DNA of 64,000 bases from Octopus sinensis. Lineage: Eukaryota. Position 1 is the stretch's first letter, and every line of letters starts with the position of its first letter. The translations under genes and the position numbers were made by a program. The notes beneath the pieces are model-generated. The model did not search any database and was not told the DNA's origin. It saw only the letters and a program-made list of their open reading frames with translations. Below, in pieces: positions 39,940-54,479 of this stretch. The DNA is taken from positions 23,560,001-23,624,000 of the forward strand of contig NC_043007.1 in assembly GCF_006345805.1 (NCBI RefSeq), given 5' to 3'.

Positions 39940-41400
39940 ACATTACCCATGATCTTTGATCTTTGCAGGCTGTCCAAGCCCGGTGAGCTTAATGCCGGTA
40001 ACATTCCGTTTAAAATGTTGCAGGTCGACAACCATGAAAGACGAGCAGGGAGGAAATTCCAGAGGGATTAATGTCCTGGGAATGAAGGATTGTGCATAAT
40101 TATTAGTAGGGGGCTGATGGTGTTGAACGCACAAACTGTAACAAGAGAATGGGTCCGGAATACGAATATGGTGAAGATATGAAATCAGCCAGCTCCGAAG
40201 AACAGAGACCATTATCGTAGCGATAGAAAAGACAGAGAGAGGAGACAGCACACCTGTGGGCCAAAAGCTGTAGTATGTCTGTTAGTGTTTGGATACCAAT
40301 TAGTCGAGTGGTCCTTCGCCCTTTTCTGTAGACAATCTAATATGTGCCTGCTTAACAGCACCATCTCAGATGTAGGAGCAGTAATCCGTTTTGAACCTGA
40401 GTTTAGACTTGCAGAGAATCAACGGTTCTTGGGGACAGAATTATTTTCTGGCCCTTAAAAGAAGGGTCAGTCTTTAGGATGCGGTTGTAGCTATGCCAGT
40501 GCTTTCGTCATAAGATATCCTCGATGATATCGAGGCCCAACATTTGGAGCAACTGCGAATGCTCTAGCTCAATGTTGTTCAGGATTTATGGTGGTTTGGT
40601 ATTTTCTTTATATGAGGAATGCTCGAGGTTTTCTTAATGTTAAAAGAGAAGAAATTGGTAAGGTCTCACTGAGGAATTCTTACAGGGTCTCTGATTATGA
40701 AATCGGTGCAGGTTTGACGTGTGATATCCAGGCTGAGTTTGACTGATGTAAGGTTGTCGAAATTTAGGGTGGAATGAAGAGACGTGTCATCTGCATAAAA
40801 GGGGGTATTTGTTGGATGTGACAAGGAGCAGGTCATTGATGATATATAGAAAGAGGGAAATGGGAGACAGAACAGAACCCTAGGAAACGCCGGAGTTGAT
40901 TGAGAGAGGAGCAGAAAGAACATCGTCAACCCATGTCGCGATGGCACGATTAGATAGGAAGCTAGTGATTCAAGAAACGAGGGATAGGTGGAACCCATAG
41001 GCAGAATGTTTTGATACAAAGTTTGCTGGCCAAACACGAACGAAAGCTTTGCTGATGTCTACAGCAACAATATTGCTTTCAACGAGACTCTCTAAAGAGT
41101 CTGACTTTTTGGAAGCTGAACTGGGAAGCGTTTAGTGATGGAAAAGAAAAATTCAAAACGTTGGAGAATGTCATTCTTGGGGGTTGTTTTTATTATCTTA
41201 TAAATGTTGGCTCTGAGGGCAATATGGCGGTAATGGGCTGGGTAAGAGGTTAGTGAGTGACGAATTGAAAAAGGTATAGTGAGTATGGGAGTGGATTCGG
41301 GGCCGCAACACTTGAGTGTCACGGAAGGAACGTTGTCGGCGTTGATAATCTTGTTTGTTTGAACCAATGAAATGTTTCCACTGTTGGCGTGTGTCTGTGT
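39940..41400 (-). mobile_element. Degenerate CR1/L2-group LINE, RT and C-terminus
   Basis: Broken frames give YRHIAL..IYKI, VAVDISKAFVRVW, FYADD, SLFYRY and SFIPRT. Confidence 0.85.
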
Positions 41401-42013
41401 GTGTGTGTGTGTGTGTCTGTGTGTGTGTATGAGTGTGTGTACGGAACAGAGTTGGATAGCAAAGGTGAAGGCTTCTTCTGTGTGGTTAATACTTCGAAAG
41501 CCATCACTGTTTTGAAGAGGAAGCACAAAAAAGGGCTCCGCAAAGTTGGAAGATTATGGTGATGTTGTAGTTGTTGTTGATGATGATGATGACGATGATG
41601 ATGATAATATTTTTTAAACATTCTGGTTATAATATCTTGTTTTTGTTGTTGCTGTTGTTAGTGCCTAAGTCAAATCTAATCGATCACTCGGATTTTCAAC
41701 TTTCATCAGACATTCATGTCGTGACCATCCTGTCACTCTCAAGTTTATGGTAACAGGACAGTCACGGCTGGGCAAAATTATCTAATGTGCTCTTCCTTTT
41801 TTTTAAGACGGTAAGATGTGATCTGAAGGAATTTGGTAACTATTTCTAGCAAGCTAGTCGATTGATCACGGAAAGAGCACGCCAGGCTCACATTGGCTAC
41901 AATCCCTCGCGATGCATCAAAGTCATTTCTTGATTTCATATCGTGCACTCATTTTGTCAGCAAGACAAACGGTGAACATTTATTCATTAACTCTGTTATT
42001 AACCATTCCCTGG

Positions 42014-42473
<460 letters not shown>

Positions 42474-43354
42474 TAAGCAACAATAACAGAGCTTTAACGT
42501 TGTCAGTCGACTTGCTAAAAGTAGCAGCCAAATTTCTCTGAAAACAAATACACCGGCATACCTCAACTTACGCCGGTAATCGGTTCCAAGACAAGCGACT
42601 TAATTGAAAAAAACAACTGACGTAACACGAAAAATCGTTTTTAAAAAGTTATCGGCTTCTGTCTGTTTTAATAAATAGTTTGTACATATTTTCGCATGTA
42701 TTTCATCTGATTTTCCACTTCAACTTTGGTTTTTCGATGTTTGTTTGTTTGTTTTGTCTAATCTCCATGCTTCTTTAAATATGGCCGGTTAAATCAAATG
42801 AAGTTAAGTCAAAAACCGACTCGAAACAACGTAAGTCGAGGTTTTTCGTTTTAAAAGGAAAACACGAGATACATTTTTAGAGGTGAATGTACGATGCCTG
42901 ACAGAAAAAATCAATGAAGGAACACAGAAGGAAGACTTGGAATAGAAATCCGCTCTGACAAGGCTGATTGGTATGGGTTGCAAACCCTGGCAAACCGACG
43001 ACAGAACCGCTACGTGGTCGTACAATATGCTAGAAATAACTGTCAAATCTCCCACGAATTAGATCTTAATGTATTAAATAAGACAACACATATAACATGT
43101 GGCATGCTATGCCTGGATTAAAAAGGGGATATTCACGCCGGGCACTCCTGATAATATTCATAATCCAGAGAAGCGATCCCGGATTTACCTATCAGAAGAA
43201 TTACAGCGGTGTTGCACATACCTGTGATCCCTGATGCTTATTACAACTTGATGTGGTTAGCCGTTACCTGGAACATAGTTGAGAGCAGCTACGGTACCCA
43301 CCTGGATAATTATCCCGATTTACTCACCTTATATATACATACTTATATATATAT

Positions 43355-43393
<39 letters not shown>

Positions 43394-43414
43394 TATATAT
43401 ACATGCATACATAT

Positions 43415-43480
<66 letters not shown>

Positions 43481-43532
43481 ATATACATACATACATATAT
43501 ATGTATTTATATAGACGACATATACAAACATA

Positions 43533-43582
<50 letters not shown>

Positions 43583-43625
43583 ATAAGGGTGAAAAATTGA
43601 ATATTAATTTCAGAAAAAATATATT

Positions 43626-43790
43626 ACATACATATAAAAGGGATGACTGTTAGTGGACATCCATTATGCTAGAAGAGATCGCTATGGTCTTACCACTAAG
43701 AACAAACATTCCTTTCTTAGTGGTAAGACCATACTTCTTCTTCTAGCATAATGGATGTCCACTTACAGGTCATCCCTTTTATATGTATGT
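43626..43790. repeat. Foldback palindrome near (TA)n tracts
   Basis: ~75-bp inverted arms with a short loop. Confidence 0.9.
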
Positions 43791-44001
43791 TATATATATA
43801 TTATGCATACATATATAAATGTGTATATATATTATGCATACATATATAAATGTATATATATATAAATATATTAATTTTGTTTTTATGTCGAGTGGAAATA
43901 AAAATTATCTAATATTGAGCAGAAGAATTACTCAATCCTTTTTGTAGAGTACAAATTTATTTCATCTTTTATAAGATAAGGGACGACAGATTATAATTAA
44001 A

Positions 44002-44026
44002 GTTTCGACCTGCAACTCTTCATCGG
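44002..44026 (-). ncRNA. Degenerate hammerhead-like motif (CCGATGA core)
   Basis: CCGATGA-A-GAG-ttgcag-GTC-GAAAC; stems II and III imperfect. Confidence 0.3.
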
Positions 44027-44303
44027 ACTGTTCGAAACTTCGAAGTCTCTCTTACTCCCCTTCCTGTGAAAGTTTAATATTATACTATACAAAACGAATT
44101 TTGCTCACTAAATATTCTAATGAGATTGAATCTATAATTAGTGTAATTAAGAGGTCGTTGACAGTCTCGACTAGCAGCTGCAGTGTTGCGAGAAATAATT
44201 ACTTATTCCCAATATCAGTTATAATGATGATATAAGAATCGTTGTATATGGTCGCTTAGACAATAACTGCTCTAGAACGATCATAATTAGGTGCCATTGA
44301 TCA

Positions 44304-45546
44304 TTCTTATAACGAATGGGGAATCATTAGGAGTGTCTGCCGGACGCTGGTAATGATTAAGACGTTAATTAGTTAAACGTCTTTCATTGCAGTTGATGTG
44401 AAAGCAAAATCAGTATGATGTACTAACTACCAATGGCTTAGCATTCATGAGAGGCATTTATCGGTCTTTAGTAATGCTCTCTCATGGGGTATGATATAAC
44501 TGGAGCGTATGTTAATAATTTCAATAGTGGCGGCATTATAATGATTCGTTGTTTATTTCATGTAATCATATTTATACATACAGCTATCAATTGATGTTTT
44601 TTTGTAACCATTATTCTTCACTAATAACTGGATTTATACAGAAGTTATTGTGCTTTTCCAATAATAGCAATGATAATTATAACGATCATTTGAAACCCTC
44701 AGTAATAACCGTAACCTCGCAGAGTAATAATATCATGTTTTTATTATTACATACCTTGTGGTATTTATTCCCGCTCTGTGTTCCGTGTTCAAATCCTGCA
44801 GAAGTCAATTTTGCCTTTATTCCTTTCGGGATTGACAAAATAAAGTACCAGTCAAGTATTGGGGTCAATGGCATTGACTCCCATCTGTCCCCACCCCAAT
44901 TCAAGGTTTTGTGTCTATATTAGAAAGAATTATTGTTATGATTGTTTACTGATGTTGTTCCTGTTGGTTTTATTCTTTCTAAAAGTTAATTAAAAGTCAC
45001 AGAATTGCTTAAGGGGCAGCAAAATGCCCTGCGAAATTTAATAACGTTCTGAGTTGGAAACAAGTCGGAGCCGATTTGGCCTTCATCCTTCTTATAACGA
45101 ATGGGGAATCATTAGGAGTTTCTGCCGGTCGCTGGTAATGATTAAGACGTTAAGTAGTTAAACGTCTTTTATTGTAGTTGAGGTGAAAGAAAAATCAGTA
45201 TGATGTACTGACTACCAATGGCTTAGCCTTCATGAGAGGCATTTATCGATCTTTAGTAATGCCCTCTCATGGTGTATGATATAACTGGAGCGTATGTTCA
45301 TAATTGCAATAGTGACGGCATTATAATGATTCGTTGTTGATTTCATGTAATCAAAGAGGAATAATTTCGTATTTATACATACAGCTATCAATGGATGTTT
45401 TTTGTAACCATTATTCTTCACTAATAACTGGATTTATATAGAAGTTATTGTGCTTTTCCAACAATAGCTATGATAATTATAATGATCATTTGAAGCCTTC
45501 AGTAATAACCGTAACCTCGTAGAGTAATAATTTTATGTTTTTATTA
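44304..45546. repeat. Local duplication X(44304-44748)-Y(44752-45091)-X'(45089-45546); Y also at 38270-38611
   Basis: Direct alignment by eye, high identity. Confidence 0.85.
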
Positions 45547-45929
45547 TCTCTCTCTATATAAACGGCAGTTTGTCTGTGCGTGTTTCTGTGTGTCTGTTTT
45601 CTTGTACCCTCACCCTGACCACGGCTTTCAACCAATTCTGATGAAACTTGACACACACATAGACCAATGTCATAATTTAAAACTAACGCAGCGAAAATTT
45701 TGAAAAGTTCCCCCAGTTCTGAAAAAAATCGATAAATTCGACATGGGGTCGAGAATCAGAAACACAAACCGTAAACTGTCTAGGGGACGCAACTCCACCT
45801 TTTTTAACTAAAAAAAATATTTACCATCATTTTTTTCCATCTTTTTGCTATTTTTTGGCTATAACTCTCTAAAAATGCTTTATAGTTATTTCCCTTACAA
45901 TCCTGAGCAACGCCGGGCGATACTGCTAG
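45547..45929 (+). mobile_element. Non-autonomous Helitron
   Basis: A|TC 5' end, 3' hairpin cctgagcaacgccggg, terminal CTAG|T, no TSD. Confidence 0.8.
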
Positions 45930-46554
45930 TTACATATAAATGATATTGTTTGTATTTTGTAGACTTCGCTAATTGCTGGGTTTATATACAAATTATTGAG
46001 TTATTCCTGCAGTAGCTATAATTATTATAGGAGCGTTTGAACAGTAACTGTAACCTTATAAAGGAATAATTCCATGTTGTCACTGATAATGATGTTGTGT
46101 GTATTCGTTGGTCTTCGTTAATAACGGAACTCTCATTAGCGTTATTGTGATTTTCTAGTAATGTCTAAAGAAGCTTTCATTTGTTAGCCTTTAAGGTAAG
46201 ATAGACCTCCATCTCAGTAGAATCGTTAGAGCATCGGACAAAACACTTAGTGGTATTTCTTGCAGCTCTTTGCGTTCTCAGTTTAAATCCGGTCGAGGTC
46301 AACTTTGCCTTTCATCCCTTTGATGGTTCAATGAAATAACGTATCAGGCAAGTACCGGAGTTATATAATCGACTTGTCATCCACCCCTCTTCAAAACTGC
46401 TGGTTTTTAAACCTGCACCAGACTGGCCTTTAGTGGTGGAGGTAGTGTTGTAATCCTTGTCATTTATACGCCGTGGAAACGAGGTAAACAGTCTTGTGAG
46501 CCCTAGGGACCAAGAATAACTTTTTTTAAAGCCACTTTCCTGTGCATTTCTCTC

Positions 46555-46978
46555 TTTCTCTTTCTCTTACTTGTTTCAGTCATTTCACTGCGGCCATGCT
46601 GGAGCACCGCCTTTAGTTGAGCAAATCGACACCAGGACTTATTCTTTGGAAGCCTAGTACATATTCTATCGGTCTCTTTTGGCGAACCGCTAAGTTACGG
46701 GTACGTAAACACACCAGCATCGGTTGTCAAACGATGTTGGGGGGGGGACAAACACAGACACACAAACATATACACATACATACATACACACACACATATA
46801 TATATATACACATATACGACGAGCTTCTTTCAGTTTCCGTCTACCAAATCCACTCACAAGGCTTTGGTCGGCCCGAGGCTATAGTAGAAGACACTTGCCC
46901 AAGGTGCCACGCAGATGGACTGAACCCGGAACCATGTGGTTGGTAAGCAAGCTACTTACCACACAGCCACCCCTGCGC
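46555..46978 (-). mobile_element. SINE family B
   Basis: Aligns to 29448-29862. Confidence 0.9.
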
Positions 46979-47855
46979 ATCGTCTTTATTCTCCAAAAAT
47001 TTGATTTGACTGACAATTTTTGCAACTATTACTGTCTATTGTTTCTTTCTTGGGGTGGGGGTTAAATTTTAAACACCCAAAAAAGGAGTTTTATCTGCGA
47101 ATGGCGTGTAATTAACTGAGATGAGTTCTGAATTCTAATGCCTTGGAGACAATATCAGCTAATCGAAGATTAGGACCTACAATATTACATATATATATAT
47201 ATATATAACTTTTACCCTCTGTGTTTTCCAGTACTACCTGTAATAAGTTCATCAAAAGCTTTCACTAATAATTATAAGCTTGCAGACGAATAATTTCGTG
47301 TCTTCACTAATAGCTGCAATGATATCGTTTGAAATCTGTCGTCTCTATAGAACTAAATGTGTTTTCTTTTTTCCTTTGCTGTAATAGCTGTAAGGACCAA
47401 AAATAATAACTGTAATGATATAAAAAGCATTTAAAGTGTCGAGTAATTTACGGTAATTGCACAGGAACCGGTGTGAGTCCCTACAAACAATAGTAACGTT
47501 CTTGGAGTCGTTATAATTCTTCATTAATAACCTATATGAATGCAGGCGACACAATGAGATTTTATTGGAAGCTGCAATCAAAGAAACCCTTCAAATAATG
47601 AAAGGAGGGCAGCAACACTGTTTTTGTGATCGATTCGTAATGCTTTTATACAGTAGTAGAACAGATATTAGAAACATTTATTAGCAAAATATACATTATG
47701 TATCGTATCACAGTTGACGGAAACGGTTATATTTCTGAGAAACAATGTCTAGCTTTTTTTATGTTTATTTATATTTTATTTCATTCATTTATTTCTATTA
47801 TTATTTTTGCTTCCACAAATGGGTCGCAAATATTCGATATTAATTGCATTAAAAA

Positions 47856-48452
47856 GGCGGCGAGCTGACAGAAACGTTAGCACGCCGGGCGAAACGCATA
47901 GCGGTATTTCGTCTGTCTTTATGTTCTGAGTTCAAATTCCGCCGAGGTAAACTTTGCCGTTCATGCTTTCGGGGTCGATAAATTAAGTACCAGTTGCGTA
48001 CTAGGGTCAATTTAATCGACTGGCCTCCTCCCCAAAACTGTCGGGCCTTGTACCTAGAGTAGAAAAAAATATTAATTGCATTAAAGCAGAACCGTTAGCA
48101 CCCTGGGCAAAATGCTTATCGGCATTTCATCCATCTTTACGTTCTGAGTTCAAATTCCACTTATCCCTCCCGCTAAATTACTGGCCTCACGCCAAAATTT
48201 GAACTCAATATTAATTAGATTAAAGCGGCGTGCTGGCAGAATTGTTAGCTCTCCGGGAAAAATGCTTAGTGGCATTTTATCCGTCTTTATTTTCTGAGTT
48301 CAATTTCCGCCGAGGTCGACTTTGCTTTTGATACTTTCGCGGTCGATAAATAAGTACCACTTACGCACTGGGGTCGATGTAATCGATTAATTCCTTTTGT
48401 CTGTCCTTGTTTGTCCCCTCTATGTTTATTCCCATGTGGGCAATAAAAAAAT
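47856..48452 (+). mobile_element. Cluster of three SINE family A copies
   Basis: Heads at ~47856, ~48085 and ~48225; atattaattgcattaaa TSD around the first. Confidence 0.8.
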
Positions 48453-48462
48453 TATTATTATA

Positions 48463-48882
48463 GGCGCAGGAGTGGCTGTGTGGTAAGTAGCTTGCTTACC
48501 AACCTCATGGTTCCAAGTTCAGTCCCACTGCGTGGCACCTTGGGCAAGTGTCTTCTACTATAACCTCGGGCTGACCAAAGCCTTGCGAGTGGATTTGGTA
48601 GACGGAAACTGAAAGAAGCCCGCCGTATATATGTATATATATAAATATATATGTGTGTGTGTGTGTTTGTGTGTCTGTGTTTGTCCACCCAACATTGCTT
48701 GACAACCGATTCTGGTGTATTTACGTCCCCGTAACTTAGCGGTTCGGCAAAAGAAACCGATAGAATAAGTACTAGGCTTACAAAGAATAAGTCCCGGGAC
48801 CGATCTGCTCGACTATAAAGGCAGTGCTCCAGCATGGCCACAATCAAATGACTGAAACAAGTAAAAGAATAGAGTAAAAGAG
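48463..48882 (+). mobile_element. SINE family B
   Basis: Aligns to 29448-29862. Confidence 0.9.
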
Positions 48883-49352
48883 TATAAGATAGACTTGCAG
48901 ACAGACAGACACACACACACATATAACAAAATACTTAATACCTATGTGTGTGTATGTATATAGGTATATACATGTATATGTTTATGTACATATACATACA
49001 CACCCATATACAGGTGTGTATGTGTGTGTGCATACATTGATGTCTTTTAGTCCCCAGAGCAACCCTGATCAAGGAGTTGGCCCACGATCAAATCGATTCC
49101 AACCGTAACCGTGCCATCTCTTTTTTCTCAAGTAATCAGATTATTTGATGTGTCCTTCCTTTTTTTAAGATAACCGAGTATAAATTGAGGTTGACTTGAC
49201 TGCTGTTTCTAGCAAGTGTTACGATCGCATAGAGGATCCCTCTTTGGCCCAGCATGTGCGCGCGCGCGTGTGTATGTGTGAGTGAGTGAACGAGTGAGTG
49301 TAACATTAAAGTTGAAGAAACACTATTCTCTAATATTATTACTTCATGTAAA

Positions 49353-49800
49353 GGTGGCAAGCTGGCAGATTCGTTAGCGCGCCGGGAAAAATGCTTAGCG
49401 GCATTTCGTCCGTCCTTACGATTTGAGTTCAAATTCCGCCGAGGTCAACTTTGACTTCCATCTTTTCGAGGTCGATAAAATAAGTACCCGTTGAATACTT
49501 GTGGAGTGGGATCAACGCATTTGTCTATCCACCCTCTCCCGAAATTTCAGGTCTTGTGCTTATAGTAGAAGGGATTATTACTTCACATAAATTAAGGCGG
49601 CAAGCTTGCAAAACCGTTACCGCTCGGGACAAAATGCTTAGTGGCAATTCTTCTGGCTTTATGGCCTGAGTTCAAATGCCACCAAGGTCGACTTTACCTT
49701 TTATCCTTTCAGAGTCAACAAAATAAGTACCAGTACTGAGGTCGATGATATCAACATAACCCTTTCCCTAAAATAGTTGGCCTTCTGCTTAAATTTGAAA
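49353..49800 (+). mobile_element. Two diverged SINE family A copies
   Basis: Heads at ~49353 and ~49596; repeated attattacttca flanks. Confidence 0.7.
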
Positions 49801-49976
49801 CCATTATTACTTCACATAAATCATATCAAAATACATCTAAATGCTATTAGAGGGTCCCCCTGGTTAACGCATTTTATTTCCAAGCCAAGGATGCTAGTTC
49901 GCCGCCGATTTAAACAGACACTTTTTAAACCGATATTGAATGTATCGTTCTTTCAAGTGGAAATCATGATCTAAAC

Positions 49977-50730
49977 CAGTGATTCCCAAACCTTTTCAGG
50001 CTGCCGCTTCCTCGGCACCCAGGCCACATCCCCAGCACCCCACCTCACCCCCCACACACACACCAAATTCACCACCTATTTCTTTACTACCCACAAGGGG
50101 CTACACACAGAGGGGACAAACAAGGGCAGACAAACGGATTAAGTCGATTATATCGACCCCAGTGCGTAACTGGTACTTAATTTAATCGACCCCGAAAGGA
50201 TGAAAGGCAAAGTCGACCTCGGCGGAATTTGAACTCAGAACGTAACGGCAGACGAAATACCTATTTCTTTACTACCCACAAGGGGCTAAACACAGAGAGG
50301 ACAAACAAGGACAGACAAACGGATTAAGTCGATTATATCGACCCCAGTGCGTAACTGGTACTTATTTAATTGACCCTGAAAGGATGAAAGGCAAAGTCGA
50401 CCTGTGCGGAATTTGAACTCAGAACGTAGTGGCAGACGGAATACCGCTAAGCATTTCGCCCAGCGTGCTAACGATTCTGCCAGCTGTTCGCCTTACACCA
50501 AACTCGCCACCACAAACATAGACCACTTTCTGCAACAAATTCAAAAAAACTGTATTTCACAAATAAACGTTAACATAATTAACCCATCATTTAGTGGGGG
50601 GGGGGGCAGTTACATCCATTGCCTCCTTTCAGCCACCCCATTATCACCCCACTTTTCTTCAACACTCTCCTGAGCCTTTCCACCTTGCCCAGTGTGGAGG
50701 TGGGAGTACCGCCTATTTTGGGAACCACTG
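49977..50730. mobile_element. hAT (Charlie/Ac-like) MITE with a nested SINE dimer
   Basis: TIRs cagtgattcccaaa / tttgggaaccactg; perfect 8-bp TSD atctaaac (49969-76 and 50731-38). Confidence 0.9.
50075..50492 (-). mobile_element. SINE family A dimer nested in the hAT MITE
   Basis: Junction at ~50260; TSD-like acaccaaattcacca / acaccaaactcgcca. Confidence 0.9.
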
Positions 50731-51110
50731 ATCTAAACATTTTCTGCTCCAAGCATTAGTTTCGTTACCCTTTCAATTATGTCAACTTATAGCCTTGTTA
50801 AGCCGGCACAATTGCGCCAATACTACATAAGTCTTGCTGTCGTGAAGGCAATATCGATTATTCTGTACGAGTGGGATGGAATAGCAACTCTTAAACAGTG
50901 CTAGCTTTGAGTTTTCTCTCAAACACCAATTAGTTCGTTCGTTCTATCCGAAATATCCCTTTCACGTTGAAAGAGCTTGCAAGTCCTAGTAGATGAAATG
51001 CCACACGCACTGTTCGCAAGTTAATAAAAAACAATTTTTTACATTGACACAGGGCTTAAAAACGAGAGGGTATAATTGATTATATCGAAAGCCACCATAC
51101 ACACACACAC

Positions 51111-51150
<40 letters not shown>

Positions 51151-51764
51151 TTAGATAATATTCGAGTTACTGGTACTTTTGAAGTCTTCTTTGAACAGCA
51201 AGATGTCAGTTTACCGGGAAAGAATATAGTTTATTAATAAGGAGAATTGAAATTAATGCACGCGAGATTTCACAGCTCTAGCATCACACCTTCATAGTCA
51301 GCCTATGAACCCTTCAATCCACCCTCGTAGTCATGGAAGAGATAAAGGCGGGGTGCTCACTGTAGGAATGTCTTTAATCATAGATAAATCTCATCGATAA
51401 TCAGAGCTAAACAACAACAACAGCAATATCATTGTTGATATTTTAAATAAAGAACTACTTTTTAAAAAATATATCGATCTCATTTCCAGTTATAATTGTA
51501 TATGGTAAATTTATATAACTTTTAACAAGTTTGATATCTTTCACTTATCGTTCCATCCACAACGATATCAAATTCACTCCAAGTTCTATGAACTTCAATG
51601 ATATCAGCAAATAAAATCATTTATGTCGGTTAGTTGAGATGTCTGACATGTCTCGCTCCCAATGTCTTTGTATGCTATCAGGATATTGTTATCGTTTGTT
51701 TTTACACTACAGGATCCGACTGCTTTTAAAGAACTTGAAAAGAAATTATAGACGTTAATAAAAT

Positions 51765-52159
51765 GGATGATGATGGAAGCACTCCGTCGGTTACGACGAT
51801 GAGGGTTCCGGTTGATCCGAATCAACGGAACAGCCTGCTCGTGAAATTAACGTGTAAGTGGCTGAGCACTCCACAGACACGTGTACCCTTAACGTAGTTC
51901 TCGGGGATATTCAGCGTGACACAGAGAGTGACAAGGCCGGCCCCTTGAAATACAGGTACAACAGAAACAGGAAGTAAGAGTGAGAGAAAGTTGTGGTGAA
52001 AGAGTACAGCAGGGATCACCACCATCCCCTGCCGGAGCCTCGTGGAGCTTTTAGGTGTTTTCGCTCAATAAACACTCACAACGCCCGGTCTGGGAATCGA
52101 AACCGCGATCCTATGACCGCGAGTCCGCTGCCCTAACCACTGGGCCATTGCGCCTCCAC
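51765..52159 (-). mobile_element. SINE family C, tail type 1
   Basis: Near-identical copy; 13-bp TSD acgttaataaaat. Confidence 0.9.
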
Positions 52160-52209
52160 ACGTTAATAAAATATCACAAGCGACTCCAGATTCTCTATCA
52201 GCGGTATTA

Positions 52210-52642
52210 TAATGATTTCAAATTTTGACACAAGGACAATCATTTCGAGGAAGAGAGGCAGTCGATGACATCGACTCCAGTACATAACTGGTATGTATTT
52301 TATCGACCCGAAAGGGGTGAAAGGAAAATTCGACTTTCGCGGAATTTGAACACAGAACGTAAAGATGGATGAAAAACCGTTAAGGATTTTGCCCAGCGTA
52401 CTAACGATCCTTATTTCTTTATTGCCCACAAGGGGATAAACATAGAGGGGACAAACAAGGACACACAAAGGGATTAAGTCAATTACATCGACCCCAGTGC
52501 GTAAACGGTACTTATTTAATCGAACCCGAAAGGATGAAAGGCAAAGTCGACCTCGGCGGAATTTGAACTCAGCACGTAAAGACGAGTGAAATGTCGCTAA
52601 GCATTGTGCCCGGCGTCTTGGCAATTCTGCTAGCTCGTTGCC
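52210..52642 (-). mobile_element. Two SINE family A copies
   Basis: Core and tail matches. Confidence 0.8.
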
Positions 52643-52695
<53 letters not shown>

Positions 52696-53232
52696 GGCAG
52701 TGGCTTTCATGGCTTCTGATCTTAACTGATTGGAAGTGTTATCATGTACATTGTTTTGTCTTGGTATAAAAGATGGGCTACAGCAAATATTTTGCTCAAT
52801 ACCACAGATTTGCTTGTCAGTTGTTTGACCTTAACCAGTTGAGCATGTTCCTTGGTGGCTGACGATATGTTCATCTCTGATCACGAGCAGAAGTAGTGGA
52901 GGAGCATCATAGCCATGTGTTGAAAGGAATTCTTAGAGGTTTGGATAATTCACCTTTGGAAACATGGGTGTTTCATTTAACATCCTTAAACAAACCTTAT
53001 TCAGGGGCTTTTTGAGCGGGATGGGCTACTCGACCAGAGGAATATTCTAACTGGGCCCCACCTGCAAGGTTATGCGCTGTTTATCTTGATATGAGATCAC
53101 CATGTCGCGCACATATGGTTGTGACGCGTGTCTTGGTGTACCCTTATCAGAGGGGTAGTCATGATGGGTGTACTGGGCTTCGTATATTTTACCCCAGTGT
53201 CACTTTGATGGCATGCACCGCTCTCTCACTCC
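52696..53232 (+). mobile_element. ~555-bp retroposon, copy 3
   Basis: Aligns to the reverse complement of 1588-2144; (AAT)n on both sides. Confidence 0.8.
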
Positions 53233-53305
<73 letters not shown>

Positions 53306-53344
53306 TGAATTATGATGATGATGATGATGATGATGATGATAATA

Positions 53345-54110
53345 ATATGCAACGAACAGAGCATACATGGTCAATTCATGCAACAAATCGAGAAAGTTGG
53401 AAGTAAAGGAAGCTGAGTCTGTATCTGAGAAACGGAAACCTAAAACGAGAAACCGAATCACTAATTATAGCCGCTCAGGAACAAGCCCTTATGACGAATC
53501 TGTAAAGGCAACGATTGATAAAACTCAGTAAGAGAGTAAACGCAGAACCGGTAGTAAAGGACATGAAAGTATTAAGCATCTCTTGGGCAAATACAATAAG
53601 CTAAAACAAAAAGAGTATAAGCGCAGGAATAACTGTGTAGATAAAAGAGTTCAGTGGAATGTTAACCGAGTGAGTGAATTGAACGTAGCAGAAAAGTAGT
53701 ATGACCATAAATCAGAGGCTGTAACAGAATAAGATTTACAAGGTTTTATGAAATATCACCATTAAGACTGACCATAGAATTGAAGCGAGAATACCAGATA
53801 TGACTATAGAGCACAAAAGAAACAAACAGGGTAATTATAGATTTTGCTATCCCATATGGTAATAGAATGGATAGCAAAGAAATTTTGAAAAATTGAAAAA
53901 TATCAGGACTGAGTCAGAAAGATGAAATGATGTTTGGAAGTCTAAGATCATAATTATTCCTGTGGTAATTGGTGCACTTGGCACAACTCCTAAAATGCTA
54001 TCTAAGAGTCTAAAGAATAATGGAACTGAGATTCGCGTTGTCAACTTGCAGAAAAGCGCAATCCTGTATTCAGCAAGAATCCTTCAAGAGATTCCTGAGA
54101 TTTGAAGAGA
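53345..54110 (+). mobile_element. 3' fragment of an R4/Dong-like LINE
   Basis: HGQF, LKRETESLIIAAQEQAL, EYKRR and IPVVIGALGTTPK..LQKSAIL motifs. Confidence 0.85.
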
Positions 54111-54289
54111 TTTGTCACGAAACCTAAAGATAACATCCCTGCTAATTAATTAGGCGTGTAAATAGCTTCTAAATAACGTATGGGTGTTTGAAGGAGAAGA
54201 TTAAAAGAAGTGGTGGTGGCGGCGGCGGTGGTGGTGTCCAAAGCTGTAAAGATAGAATCTTTACAGCGAAGCCAACAACAACGATGATG

Positions 54290-54335
<46 letters not shown>

Positions 54336-54479
54336 GGAAGATGATCCTTCTTTCCGCTTTAGGTGCTTGGCTGGAAATTTGTAGGGAGGTAAGGTGGGGC
54401 TAGTCGATTACATCGACCCCAAAACTCAACTGATACTTAATTTATTGACCACTCCCCAAAAGGCAGAGTCGACCTCGGC

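Larger units (their letters stand above)
43900..46190 (-). mobile_element. Highly degenerate Penelope-like element remnants (duplicated, interrupted by SINE and Helitron)
   Basis: SLDIT..RRPTNT (RT thumb-like) near 46100-46180; LLVKNNGYKKTSI near 44600; hammerhead-like motif at 44002-44026. Confidence 0.4.
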
